From positions 165,776-229,775 of the forward strand of contig JBPOGF010000004.1 in the NCBI GenBank assembly GCA_051251915.1: DNA of 64,000 nucleotides, read 5' to 3'. Each line of letters opens with the position of its first letter. Within the stretch, counting starts at the first letter, position 1. Positions 38,274 through 47,950 of the stretch are shown one piece after another. Made by a program: the position numbers and the translations under genes. The notes under the pieces were generated by a model, which was not told the origin of the DNA, searched no databases, and was given only the letters and a program-made list of their open reading frames with translations. Source of the stretch: Akkermansiaceae bacterium. Its GTDB lineage: Bacteria > Verrucomicrobiota > Verrucomicrobiia > Verrucomicrobiales > Akkermansiaceae.

Positions 38274-38552
38274 TTAGTGGGTGTCGCTGTGGCCTAGGTC
38301 TTTGTTGGGGGCGATGTGGTCGCGGATGAGTTGTTTGAGTTGTTTCATCTCGGGGAAGCCGCCTTGTTGTTTGCGGTCCCAGATGGTGGTGCCATCGATA
38401 CTGACGGTGTAGATGCCTCCGGCGTCTGAGGGTGTGAGGGTGACGGCTTGTAGATCTTGCTCGAAGGTGGTGAGTAGTTCTTGGGCGTTCCAGGCGGCGC
38501 GAAGGAGCCAGCGGCAGCCGGTGCAGTATTGAATGGTGATGGTCGGTTTCAT
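38274..38552 (-). CDS. SelT/SelW/SelH (Rdx) family redox protein
   Basis: YCTGCRW..RAAW.AQELL, GGFPE, LGHSD. Confidence 0.9.
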   Translation of the reverse strand: MKPTITIQYCTGCRWLLRAAWNAQELLTTFEQDLQAVTLTPSDAGGIYTVSIDGTTIWDRKQQGGFPEMKQLKQLIRDHIAPNKDLGHSDTH

Positions 38553-38579
38553 GGTTCTTTATGGTATGTTAGTGAGCGA

Positions 38580-38618
38580 AAAAGAGTGAGGCAAGATTTT
38601 ACTTTTGCCTCACTCTTT
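38580..38618 (-). terminator. Intrinsic terminator after nirA
   Basis: aaagagtgaggcaa/ttgcctcactcttt inverted repeat. Confidence 0.75.
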
Positions 38619-38689
38619 GTATCTAAACTCTCACTCGTGTGGGTGAGATGATGTAACCAAACTAAATTTTAAAACTGGTCAGGAATTGA

Positions 38690-40432
38690 CTAGTTGCTGA
38701 AGAGGACTTGGAGTTCGTTGAGGTTGTACCTGTTGGTGAACTCTTGGAAGGTTTCTTCTGGTGTGCCGCGTTTGTCCATGTAGGTCTGGAGCATGTGTGC
38801 GACTGTGGCTTCTAGTGAGGTGGCTTCCAGTGCGGTGAAGACTTGGCGGCCGAAGGCGCGGTTTTTCCCGAATCCTCCGCCGACGAATACGTGGTATGCT
38901 TCTAGGCCATCGGCGGTTTTAGCACCGAGTAGTCCGAGGTCTCCCATGTAGTGTTGAGCGCAGCTGTGTGGGCAGCCTGTGAAGTGGATATTGATGGGCT
39001 GATCTAGGGTGATTCTTTTATCGAGCTTTTTCATCAGGTCGAGTGCGTGGCCTTTGGTGTCGGTGGCTGCGTATTTGCAGTATTTGCTACCGGTGCAGGC
39101 GATGAATCCGCTCTTGATGTGAGATTGTTCCCAGTCTAGTCCGGTCTTCTTGATGGCTGTTTTGGCGGCTTCAAGTTGGTCGTCCGGGATGTTTGGGATG
39201 ATGAGGTTTTGCCAAACTGTTAGACGGATTTGGCCGTTGCCGAAGGTGTCTGCGATGTCTGCAATTTTATTGAGTTGCTTGATGGAGATGTGTCCGACTG
39301 GGACGTTCACTCCGATGTAGTTTAGGCCGGGTTGTGACTGGGCGAATGCTCCTACTTGTGAGTGTGGGATGTCATGGTTAGGCCAGTGGAAATCTCCTTC
39401 TGTGTAGGTGCTCTTGCGGAGGGGGTAGCCGAGTTCTTCTTCGGTGTGGGTGAGGTATTCCTGGAGGGTCATTTTTTCTAACAGGTGCTTGAGGCGAGCT
39501 TTCTTTCTGTTAGTGCGGTCTCCGTGCTTGGTGAAGACGCGCATGATGGCGCAGCAGACCTGGACGAGTTGGTCTGGGTGGACGAGGACGCCGAAGTCTT
39601 CTGCGAATGCTAGGAGTCCAGTGGCACCACCGAGGACGATGCGGAAGTAGACTTCTTTTTCGCCGGCTTCATTGGTGACGTAGACGGCTTTTGCGCCGAT
39701 GTCATTGGTGTCTTCTACGGTGCTGACTAGTCCTCCGCCATCGAAGCTGATGTTGAATTTACGTGGGAGGTTGTAGTAGGTGCGGGTGGAGAGGATAATT
39801 CTTCCTAGTTCTAGGATGTAGGGACTGCAGTCGATGAGTTCTACTGGGTCGAATCCTGCGGTGGGGCTGGCGGTAAGATTTCTGGCGTTGTCTGCTCCGC
39901 TGCCTTGGCAATGGAGGCCGATGTCTTGAATGCGGGTGAGGAAGGCTGGGGTGTCCTTGGGGGCGATGAGGCGGACTTGGAAATTACATCTGTTAGTGAT
40001 CTGAATGTAGCCGGTTGTAAGATCTTGAGCTGTTTTGGCGATGCCGCGGAGTTGGTAAGTATTTAGCTGGCCGCCTGGGATGCGGAGGCGTGCCATGTAG
40101 TGCTCGTGGACGGGTGTTAGATAGAAGAGGCCGTTCCATTTGAAGCGGAAGGCTTCTTCTTTGTCTGGTGACTTGTTGGCACGTGCATTTTCTACTAGGC
40201 GGTAGTATGAGTCGAGCGGGTGCTCTTCTCTTTTCATGCGTTCTTCTGCGGTGAGGATTTCTTCTTCCTCTTCTTCGTCTGCTTCAACTTGAGCACCTGG
40301 GTATTGGTCAAAGAGGTCTGCGAATACGATTGCTCGCTGTTGCACTCCGTTTAGGAAACCGCTGAGATAGCTGTTTTGCTGATCATTGAATGGTTCAGGG
40401 CTATCAGTTTGTAGTTTGTTGAGTGTGTCCAT
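38690..40432 (-). CDS. nirA: Siroheme/[4Fe-4S] nitrite (or sulfite) reductase, NirA family
   Basis: KWNGLF, RLRIPGG, LPRKFN, ACTGSKYC and GCPHSCAQ cofactor ligands. Confidence 0.85.
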   Translation of the reverse strand: MDTLNKLQTDSPEPFNDQQNSYLSGFLNGVQQRAIVFADLFDQYPGAQVEADEEEEEEILTAEERMKREEHPLDSYYRLVENARANKSPDKEEAFRFKWNGLFYLTPVHEHYMARLRIPGGQLNTYQLRGIAKTAQDLTTGYIQITNRCNFQVRLIAPKDTPAFLTRIQDIGLHCQGSGADNARNLTASPTAGFDPVELIDCSPYILELGRIILSTRTYYNLPRKFNISFDGGGLVSTVEDTNDIGAKAVYVTNEAGEKEVYFRIVLGGATGLLAFAEDFGVLVHPDQLVQVCCAIMRVFTKHGDRTNRKKARLKHLLEKMTLQEYLTHTEEELGYPLRKSTYTEGDFHWPNHDIPHSQVGAFAQSQPGLNYIGVNVPVGHISIKQLNKIADIADTFGNGQIRLTVWQNLIIPNIPDDQLEAAKTAIKKTGLDWEQSHIKSGFIACTGSKYCKYAATDTKGHALDLMKKLDKRITLDQPINIHFTGCPHSCAQHYMGDLGLLGAKTADGLEAYHVFVGGGFGKNRAFGRQVFTALEATSLEATVAHMLQTYMDKRGTPEETFQEFTNRYNLNELQVLFSN

Positions 40433-40481
40433 GGGAATTTAAAGGGCGAGGTGTTGAGTGTTAGGTATTGGAGGTAAGTTT

Positions 40482-42095
40482 TTAGTAGACGTCGCGGAGG
40501 TAGCGTTTTCCTCGTTTGAGTGCTTTGACCCAGTCGACTGATTCTTCTTCGCTGAGGTTTCCTGCGGTCTGGGCGATGGTGTGGAGAGCGTCATCGACGT
40601 CTTTAGCCATGCGGGATGCGTCACCACAGACGTAGAAGGATGCTCCGTCTTCGAACCACTGCCAGAGCTCGGCAGCTTGATTGATCATGAGGTGCTGGAC
40701 GTAGATTTTTTCTTCTTGGTCGCGGGAGAATGCGAGGCTGAGTTGGTCTAGTGTTCCGTCTTCTAGGTAGGTGTTGAGCTGGTCTTCGTAGAGGTAATCT
40801 TCTGAGCGAGTTTGGTCTCCGAAGAAGAGCCAGTTTTTGCCTTCGGAGGCGGTGGCTTTGCGTTCTTCTAGGAAGGCGCGGAATGGGGCGATGCCGGTGC
40901 CCGGGCCGACCATGATGACTGGTGCTGTGGTGTCTGCGGGGAGACGGAAGCTTGGTGATTTGTGGAGGAATACGCTGAGTGATTTGTCACTAGGCATGCG
41001 TGTGTCTGCGTCTGCTAGGTATGTGGAGCAGACTCCTTTGTGTGCTTTGCCATCTATCTCGTAGCGGACGATGCCTACGGTGAGGTGGACTTCGTCTTGG
41101 TGAGCTTTGGGGCTGCTGGAGATGGAGTATAGGCGTGGTTGGAGTTTCTTGAGAGTGGAGGTGAATTCTTGTGCGTCAGTGGCTGGTTCTATGTCTGAGC
41201 CGATGAAGCTGCTGAGGTCGTAGTAGCTGGTGAGGGAATGACGGAGGGACATGTTTTCCCGTTTGTCCGTGGTGATTTCTTGGGTGCCTTCTAGGCCGGT
41301 TGCTAGTAGGATTTCATTCACGAATTCTGGGCAGTTTTCTGGCCAGACTCCGAGTGCATCGCCGACTTCGTATTGCCATTTGGCTCCGCCGAGGTTGATC
41401 TCGATGTGGCGGGTTTCTTTCTGTGAGTTGGAGCCGGAAAGGATTTCGTTTTTGCTGAGTTTGGCGGTGAATGGGAGAGCTTTGTTGAGGCCTGGTATGG
41501 CGTCATCTTCCTCACTGCTTTCGACTTCTACGCCGCTCCATTTAGGTAGTAGTCCTTGGATCCATTCGGCGGCTGGGTCTTCGAAGTCTACGTCGCAGTC
41601 AACGCGGTCGTGGACGCGTTTTGCGCCGAGTTCTTCTAGGCGTTTATCAAATAGTTTTCCGGCTTCGCAGAAGTGGGTGTAGTTGCTATCACCTAGTGAG
41701 AGGACGCCGAATTCGATGTTGCTGAGGTCTGGGGCATCGTCGCTCTGGAGGGAGTCCCAGAAGTCTTGTGCATTGTCTGGCATGTCTCCTTCTCCGTAGG
41801 TGCTGGTGACGATGATGACGCGTGACTGGGTGGACCAATCGATGTCGCCGTAGTCAGCCATGTCGATGACTGCTGGGGTGAAGCCTTGCTTTTTGGCGTC
41901 TTTGCCAAACTTGCGACAGAGCATTTCACTTCCGCCAGTTTGGGTTCCGAAGAGGAATGTAATTGCACCGAGATCGGCAGCTGCGGTGGAGCCAAATTGT
42001 GAGCCGTTGCTGAATAGTCCTGCTAGGTATCCGTTGAGCCAGTCTCGTTGTTTTTGCGAAAATGGGGCTTCTGTGGGTATTGTAGGGATAGGCAT
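40482..42095 (-). CDS. cysJ: Diflavin (FMN/FAD/NADPH) reductase, CysJ-like flavoprotein
   Basis: Flavodoxin STYGEGD, RLYSISSS, GPGTGIAPFR, YVCGDA, RYLRDVY. ATG 42095 chosen because the called start overlaps the sigma54 box. Confidence 0.88.
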   Translation of the reverse strand: MPIPTIPTEAPFSQKQRDWLNGYLAGLFSNGSQFGSTAAADLGAITFLFGTQTGGSEMLCRKFGKDAKKQGFTPAVIDMADYGDIDWSTQSRVIIVTSTYGEGDMPDNAQDFWDSLQSDDAPDLSNIEFGVLSLGDSNYTHFCEAGKLFDKRLEELGAKRVHDRVDCDVDFEDPAAEWIQGLLPKWSGVEVESSEEDDAIPGLNKALPFTAKLSKNEILSGSNSQKETRHIEINLGGAKWQYEVGDALGVWPENCPEFVNEILLATGLEGTQEITTDKRENMSLRHSLTSYYDLSSFIGSDIEPATDAQEFTSTLKKLQPRLYSISSSPKAHQDEVHLTVGIVRYEIDGKAHKGVCSTYLADADTRMPSDKSLSVFLHKSPSFRLPADTTAPVIMVGPGTGIAPFRAFLEERKATASEGKNWLFFGDQTRSEDYLYEDQLNTYLEDGTLDQLSLAFSRDQEEKIYVQHLMINQAAELWQWFEDGASFYVCGDASRMAKDVDDALHTIAQTAGNLSEEESVDWVKALKRGKRYLRDVY

Positions 42096-42141
42096 GGTCT
42101 TTAGATAAATATTTGGAGGTGGTCTCCTGTAATTTACCTTG

Positions 42142-42158
42142 AGCATTTTTCATGCCAA
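42142..42158 (-). promoter_or_regulatory. Putative sigma54 -24/-12 promoter of cysJ-nirA
   Basis: Minus strand TTGGCATGAAAAATGCT (GG-N10-GC), about 47 nt upstream of ATG 42095. Confidence 0.6.
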
Positions 42159-42235
42159 CCATTATTGTCTGCGTTAACTGTATTGATCATAATCATGATT
42201 GTTATTCATGATGAATCTATGAGAAGTGGGTGGAT

Positions 42236-42898
42236 TTATTGCTTTTGTTGTTTAGAGCAATTGTACTTGCTTGGGTCGTCAACGAAGCAACCGTCGACAT
42301 TTAGGGACTTTGCTAGGAGCCAGTCTGCATCTGTGCGGATGGTGTAGGTGTAGACTTGGAGGTTTTGTTTTTTGGCGTGTTGGATGTATTCTGGGGAGAG
42401 TTCGCTGAGGTGGGGGTGGATGGCAGTGGCGTTGATTTTGTGGGCTAGGGGGAAGCCGTTTTTGCCGAGTATGCCGATGGGGATTTCGCTGTCTAGGTTT
42501 CGGTATTCTATTAGTTGGGGCCAGTCGAATGAGGAGATTAGGATGTTATTTTCTTCTTGGATGGTCTGGTGGAGGAGGGGGACGAGGGATGGTCCTTTGA
42601 TCTCGATGTTTAGTGAAACCTTACCTCTGGTTAGATCTAAGACTTCTGTTAGAGTTGGGATGTGAGCGCCTTTTCCTGCGTTTAGTTTGCGGAGTTGTTG
42701 GAAGCTGTGATCTGTGAGGAGGCCGGTGCCGGTAGTGGTGCGGTCGAGGGTATTATCATGGATGACGATGAGCTGGTCTTCGATTTGATAGATGTCGAGT
42801 TCGATCATGTCGACGCCGAGGTCGATGGCTCGCTGGAAGGAGCGGAGGGTATTTTCTGGTTCTAGCGCGCAGGCGCCTCGGTGGCCGATGATGAGCAT
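42236..42898 (-). CDS. glpQ: Glycerophosphodiester phosphodiesterase
   Basis: IIGHRGA..PENT, ELD, HD..LDRTT, NIEIK. Confidence 0.9.
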   Translation of the reverse strand: MLIIGHRGACALEPENTLRSFQRAIDLGVDMIELDIYQIEDQLIVIHDNTLDRTTTGTGLLTDHSFQQLRKLNAGKGAHIPTLTEVLDLTRGKVSLNIEIKGPSLVPLLHQTIQEENNILISSFDWPQLIEYRNLDSEIPIGILGKNGFPLAHKINATAIHPHLSELSPEYIQHAKKQNLQVYTYTIRTDADWLLAKSLNVDGCFVDDPSKYNCSKQQKQ

Positions 42899-42960
42899 AG
42901 TTTTATGGATTTTATGATTGGTGAAATCTTTTGGGTCACCTACATTTAGCCTATAAATCT

Positions 42961-44466
42961 ATGAAATTGCAAGATCCGCGAATTGAATTAATCCAGAAGA
43001 TATCAGATGAGACTGAGGAGTGGGATGTGGTTGTTATAGGTGGTGGGGCTAGTGGGCTTAGTGCTGCTTGGGATGCTGTGAGTAGGGGGCTGAAGGTGGC
43101 TCTTGTGGAGCGGAATGATTTTGCGAAATCTACATCGAGCAAGAGCACGAAGTTGGTGCATGGCGGGGTGCGATATTTACAGCAAATGGAGTTGGGTTTG
43201 GTGCGTGAGGCGCTACGGGAGCGACAGCTTTTGTTAGAGAATGCACCGGATTTTTGTAGGCAGTTAGATTTTGTGTTACCTACGCGAAGTTGGGTGGGGA
43301 AGTGGTATTATAGGGTTGGTCTGGGTTTGTATGATTTTCTGGGGAGATTGGGTAAGGGTGGTGGTGTGTTTCATTTTCCGGGGTCAACGACACTGAGCAA
43401 GGATGAGGTTAGGGAGTCGTTGCCGGGGTTGAATGTTGATAGGGTTAGTGGGGGAGTTTGTTATAGCGACGGGCAGTTTGATGATGCGGGGCTGGCGATT
43501 GCTTTGGCACAGGTGATCAATGGGCCTCGTAGCTCTGGTGTGGCTTTGAATTATGTGAAGGTTAGTAAGTTAGAGGAAGGTGATGGGGGGAGGAAGGTGT
43601 TGACGGTTTGTGATGAGGAGAGTGGGGGTGTTTTTAGGGTGACGACGAAGGCGGTGATTAATGCAACTGGGGTTTTTACGGATGCGTTCCGTGATAGTCA
43701 GGGGATTAAGAAGCAGTGGAAGGTGCAGATGAGTAGGGGGGCGCATATTGTTTGTGCGGGTTCTGTGCTTGGTGGGGATAAGGCGTTGATTGTTCCGAAG
43801 ACTTCGGATGGGCGGGTGTTGTTTGCAATTCCTTGGTTGGGTCATACGATTATTGGGACGACGGATGTGGCTACTGATGTGGCGACTAGTGATCCTGTTC
43901 CGAATAAGGATGAGTTGGATTTTTTGTTGGAGGAATCAGGTAAGGCGCTGGGGGTGAAACCTGGGGATGTGTTGAGCCAATGGGCTGGGCTGCGGCCGTT
44001 GGTGAGTAAGGCGGATCAGGAGACTAAATCACTTTCGCGCAAGCATGTGGTGGAGGTCTCTGAGGGTGGGGTGGTGTCATTACTGGGGGGTAAGTGGACT
44101 ACTGCGCGGGCGATGGGGGAGGATGCTGTGGATGCGGTGCTTAAGGCTAATGGGATGGAGTCTAGGCTTTCAGGGACTGCTGATTCTAGGTTGGTGGATT
44201 ATGGGGCAATGATTCCGCTGGGTAGGCTGCCGCATGGGAGTTGTGTGGTTAGTGAGGCGGTGGCCCATTATTATGCAAGGACGATAGAGGATGTTTTAGC
44301 TAGGAGGATGCGGGGGTTATTTTTGGATGCTAGGGCAGCGATGGAGGAGGCTGAGGGGGTTTCTGAGATTATGGCGGATTTGTTAGGGTGGAGTGATGAG
44401 AGGCGGGAGGAGGAGTTGGAGAGCTTTTTGGAGTTGGCAAAGAATTATTTGCCGACGGTGGGGTAG
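42961..44466 (+). CDS. glpD: FAD-dependent glycerol-3-phosphate dehydrogenase/oxidase
   Basis: IGGGASG, TSSKSTKLVHGGVRYL, GLRPL, GGKWTT. Confidence 0.92.
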   Translation: MKLQDPRIELIQKISDETEEWDVVVIGGGASGLSAAWDAVSRGLKVALVERNDFAKSTSSKSTKLVHGGVRYLQQMELGLVREALRERQLLLENAPDFCRQLDFVLPTRSWVGKWYYRVGLGLYDFLGRLGKGGGVFHFPGSTTLSKDEVRESLPGLNVDRVSGGVCYSDGQFDDAGLAIALAQVINGPRSSGVALNYVKVSKLEEGDGGRKVLTVCDEESGGVFRVTTKAVINATGVFTDAFRDSQGIKKQWKVQMSRGAHIVCAGSVLGGDKALIVPKTSDGRVLFAIPWLGHTIIGTTDVATDVATSDPVPNKDELDFLLEESGKALGVKPGDVLSQWAGLRPLVSKADQETKSLSRKHVVEVSEGGVVSLLGGKWTTARAMGEDAVDAVLKANGMESRLSGTADSRLVDYGAMIPLGRLPHGSCVVSEAVAHYYARTIEDVLARRMRGLFLDARAAMEEAEGVSEIMADLLGWSDERREEELESFLELAKNYLPTVG

Positions 44467-44492
44467 GGGTGAAGGCTTGGATGTTGGGTTTA

Positions 44493-44891
44493 TTATGGTT
44501 TTTTGTTAGCTTGGTCCAGCATGATTCTGAGTGCTCCGCCGCTGACGGCGCTTTCTACGATGAGTGCGCTTAGGCTAATGAGCATGACGATGAGGGCTAT
44601 TACGAAGGCGGCTTTTCCGAGGAACTGAAATTCTAGGAAGAGGGTGATCATGGAGAGGACTGAGAAGAGGAGGCTGAGTGCTCCGCTCATCTGCATGCAG
44701 CGGATTAGGGTAAGGCGTCTGCTGAGGTTTCTGATCTGGGCGTAGAGGATGTCGTCATTGTCGCCATCTTGCCATTCGCCGTGGAGTCGGCGGACAAGTG
44801 AGGATAGAGCTAAGAACCGGTTGGTGTAGCTGAGGAACAATAAGCTTACTGCTGGGAAGAGTAGAGCTGGGGTGCTGACGGAGATATCCAT
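44493..44891 (-). CDS. DUF2721-like small membrane protein
   Basis: STPALLFPAVSLL..YTNRF pattern and three TM segments. Confidence 0.75.
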   Translation of the reverse strand: MDISVSTPALLFPAVSLLFLSYTNRFLALSSLVRRLHGEWQDGDNDDILYAQIRNLSRRLTLIRCMQMSGALSLLFSVLSMITLFLEFQFLGKAAFVIALIVMLISLSALIVESAVSGGALRIMLDQANKKP

Positions 44892-45047
44892 GCGCGAAAC
44901 CTAGCAGAATAAATGCCAATATCCAATGTTTGGTTTATTCTGTAAGTGGAAAGTTTTCCTATGAGGAATAAGGGATGAAGTGTGGTGTGGTGATGGTCAT
45001 TTGTTAGAAGGGATTGTAATAATGTGGGATTATGATAAGGCTGATTT

Positions 45048-46136
45048 ATGAAAAAAATTCTCTTTCTAGCGTTTATTGTATGTCAGTTTTTAACTTTTGG
45101 GTCTGGTTTGTCTTTGGCTCAAGAGAAAATAAAAGTGGGCTTGGCGGGTGCAGAGCCTTTTGTGATGCATACAGATGATGAGATTGAGGGATTGGTAGTG
45201 GATATCTGGGAGGAACTTGCGGCGAAGGGGGATATTGAATTTGAGTATGTTCAGTATGAGAGTGTGGGGAAATTATTGGTGGGGATGCAGTCTGGGGAGG
45301 TGGATGTATCTGCGGGGCCAATCACTGTGACGCATGAGCGCGAGGAGAAGTATGATTTCACTCAGCCGTTCTATCAAGCTGGACTGGGGATTCTTTCTAA
45401 GAGTGATGAGTTTGGGGTTTGGAAGCGGGTGAAGCCATTTTTCTCGAAGGCATTTTTCATCGCGTTGATGATTTTTCTAATTATTTTGGCAGTGGTGGGA
45501 ACGCTAGTGTGGATGGTGGAAAGGCGGGTGGATAATGAGCCATTTAGCCATGGTCCTGCGAAGGGTGTGGGCAATGGAATCTGGCTGGCTTTAGTGACGA
45601 TGACGACCGTGGGGTATGGAGATTTGGCTCCTAAGACGACGATTGGGAGGGTGATCCTGGGCTGCTGGATGGTGGTGACATTGGTGTCTGCTACTTCATT
45701 ACTAGCGGGCTTAGCTGGGACGATCACTCAGTCCGCGCGTGGAGGAGTGCGGGTGGAGAGTCTCTCAGAAATGCCTGGGCGTAAGGTGGCTGTGGTAGAG
45801 GATAGCCCGGCTGAAGAATTTACTAAACAGCACGGTGGCAGAGCGGTGTATGTGAAGACTATTGAAGAGGGATTTGAGCAAACTGCAGCGGGGACAGTGG
45901 ATGCTTTTGTTTTTGATTACCCGCAGCTATCTTATCATCTGGAGAGTGCTGCTGCTGGTCATGATTATAGTGATCTTCATCTGGCGGAAAAAGCGTATCA
46001 AAAACAGGGGTATGCTTTTGCGATGCGACAGGGTGATGTACGTCTTGAAGAGTTGAATAGAACTCTGCTCAATATTAAGGAAGACGGGGTTATTGATGAA
46101 CTTGTGGGGGAGTGGTTGCCAGCTCTGGCACGGTAG
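45048..46136 (+). CDS. GluR0-like ligand-gated K+ channel (split amino-acid-binding domain around a pore)
   Basis: Signal peptide, S1 with ITVTHERE, M1, pore TMTTVGYGD, M2, S2. Confidence 0.88.
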   Translation: MKKILFLAFIVCQFLTFGSGLSLAQEKIKVGLAGAEPFVMHTDDEIEGLVVDIWEELAAKGDIEFEYVQYESVGKLLVGMQSGEVDVSAGPITVTHEREEKYDFTQPFYQAGLGILSKSDEFGVWKRVKPFFSKAFFIALMIFLIILAVVGTLVWMVERRVDNEPFSHGPAKGVGNGIWLALVTMTTVGYGDLAPKTTIGRVILGCWMVVTLVSATSLLAGLAGTITQSARGGVRVESLSEMPGRKVAVVEDSPAEEFTKQHGGRAVYVKTIEEGFEQTAAGTVDAFVFDYPQLSYHLESAAAGHDYSDLHLAEKAYQKQGYAFAMRQGDVRLEELNRTLLNIKEDGVIDELVGEWLPALAR

Positions 46137-46189
46137 TTTATATGAGTGTGGGAGACGCAGAGCTGGCGTGAATGTTTAGGGCTAGTTGG

Positions 46190-46744
46190 TTAGTTCTTTA
46201 CGAAGATTCCGGTGGCGTTGATGACCATGTTTTTTTCGTTGGAGCCGTCTGCTACTTTCCCTGTGACGATGACTTCTGTTAGTTCTTTGATGTCACCTAG
46301 GCCTTTGATTCCTGTGGAGAGTGGTTTGCCGGCGTCGTCTACGATTTGGACGGTGACGATGGTGGCGTTGATGACGTCACGGTCATCGCAGCATACGTCC
46401 CATGGGGTTTTACAGTTGTCTCCGGGGAGGAGGTCACATGAGGTGATTTTTTTAGGATCGCCTAGAACCATGATGGCGCGGTCATCCATGAAGACGCTGT
46501 GTTTGCCCATGGCTTTTCCGGTGAAGGTGACGGTGTCTCCTGCTGATGCTGATTTACGGAGGTCTGCGATATCGACTGCGTCTGCTGGGGATTCTTTGAG
46601 TAGGTAGGATGCTAGTGCATTGACTTCTGATTTTGGTTGTGTTGATTCAGTGGTTTCTTTTTTATCTTCTGAGCATGAGCTTAGTGAGACGGTGAGGCCT
46701 AGTAGCATTAATTTTGGTAGTGTTAGTAATTGTGTTAGTTTCAT
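46190..46744 (-). CDS. Cys-rich lipoprotein with a CxxPWDxCC motif
   Basis: LSSC lipobox, SCDLLPGDNCKTPWDVCCD. Last gene of the ABC exporter operon. Confidence 0.82.
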   Translation of the reverse strand: MKLTQLLTLPKLMLLGLTVSLSSCSEDKKETTESTQPKSEVNALASYLLKESPADAVDIADLRKSASAGDTVTFTGKAMGKHSVFMDDRAIMVLGDPKKITSCDLLPGDNCKTPWDVCCDDRDVINATIVTVQIVDDAGKPLSTGIKGLGDIKELTEVIVTGKVADGSNEKNMVINATGIFVKN

Positions 46745-46753
46745 GGTATTTAG

Positions 46754-46781
46754 TTTGTTATTTGTTATTTGTTATTTGTTA
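46754..46781. repeat. 4 x heptamer TTTGTTA
   Basis: Perfect tandem array 9 nt upstream of the lipoprotein start codon. Confidence 0.9.
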
Positions 46782-46788
46782 TTGTTGG

Positions 46789-47943
46789 TTAATTAGATCT
46801 GAGAGCTTTTGGTAGTGATGGGAGGAGGCAGCGGATGGCTGGGGGTAAGGTTCCAATGGAGCCGAGGGCGATGCCTGTGATCAGTCCGGTGATGATGACG
46901 GATGGTGTCATTGTTAGGGTGAATGTGCCAACGGAAAATGGTATTGTGCGGCCGTCTAGGAGGAAGAAGGCGAGGAGGAATGCGAGGAGGGTTCCGGTGA
47001 GGGTGGCGAGGAGGCTTTCTTGGATGAGGGAGGTGAAGAGGGCTGTGCGGGAGAAGCCGATGGACTGGAGGGTGGCCATTTCTTTGATGCGTGAGGCGAA
47101 GGCTGCGTAGAGGGTGTTGAGCCCACCGAAGACGGCGCCTGCTCCGACGAGTGCGGCGGTGACCCAGGTCATGATCTGGATGGGTTTGTAGAAGATGGAG
47201 AGTTTGTCGTAGTAGTGGTCTTCCCGGATGGCGGCGAGTTCTAGGTCATTTCGCTGGAAGGTGAAGAGTTCTACGTCTGCGGTGTCTGTGGTTTCTAGGC
47301 GGATGATGATGGAGGAGAGGGAGTCTCGTTGGGTTAGGGATGCGAGGTCATTTCTGTCGAACCAGATTTCTGATTCTAGGACGGTGCCAGGGGCGGTGAA
47401 GCGGCCGGAGATACGCATGGGTGTGTCTCCGAAGTAGAGGGCTTTGCCGACGGCTAGGTCTGCTTTATCTACTCCTAGTTTGCGGTGGGTGAGGTCACCT
47501 ACCATGACTTCTCCTGGGCCAGGGAATGTGCCGTCTAGTAGTCTGACGGTGGTGTGGACGAGGAGGGCTTTTTCTAGGACTCCTCGGAGGATGGCTGGCT
47601 CGGTGGTGGATGATGATCCTTGGCCGATGGTGATGGGGGCTTGGTAGGTTATTTCTCCTGAGATGGCGGAGACTCCGAGTTTGGATTCGATTCCTGAGAT
47701 GGTGGAGGCGGCGGATTCTGCATCGAGGCTGACTTCTGAGCGTTCGAGGGATTCTTCTGATCCTTTGCCTAGTAGGATGATGTTACGTGGTGAGCCTGAG
47801 GCGGAGAGGACGGAGTCCATGCCTTGGTTCATGGCTACGGCGGCGATGAGTAGTAGCACGACGATGGCTGAGCCGCCTACTGTCTGGAGTAGGCGGGTGG
47901 GGTCACGGAAGAGGTTTCTGAGTGCGTAGGAAAATGGTAGCAT
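46789..47943 (-). CDS. MacB/FtsX-type ABC permease
   Basis: YALRNLFR, one TM plus periplasmic domain plus three TM, RIKEMATLQSIGF. Confidence 0.9.
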   Translation of the reverse strand: MLPFSYALRNLFRDPTRLLQTVGGSAIVVLLLIAAVAMNQGMDSVLSASGSPRNIILLGKGSEESLERSEVSLDAESAASTISGIESKLGVSAISGEITYQAPITIGQGSSSTTEPAILRGVLEKALLVHTTVRLLDGTFPGPGEVMVGDLTHRKLGVDKADLAVGKALYFGDTPMRISGRFTAPGTVLESEIWFDRNDLASLTQRDSLSSIIIRLETTDTADVELFTFQRNDLELAAIREDHYYDKLSIFYKPIQIMTWVTAALVGAGAVFGGLNTLYAAFASRIKEMATLQSIGFSRTALFTSLIQESLLATLTGTLLAFLLAFFLLDGRTIPFSVGTFTLTMTPSVIITGLITGIALGSIGTLPPAIRCLLPSLPKALRSN

Positions 47944-47950
47944 TTTTTTA

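Noticed and set aside
38274..38552. Selenoprotein
   Set aside because: The motif is CTGC with no in-frame TGA.
34237..38700. Integrative island at the tRNA-Leu(TAG) 3' end
   Set aside because: No integrase, and no duplicated tRNA 3' end (att site) was found by eye.
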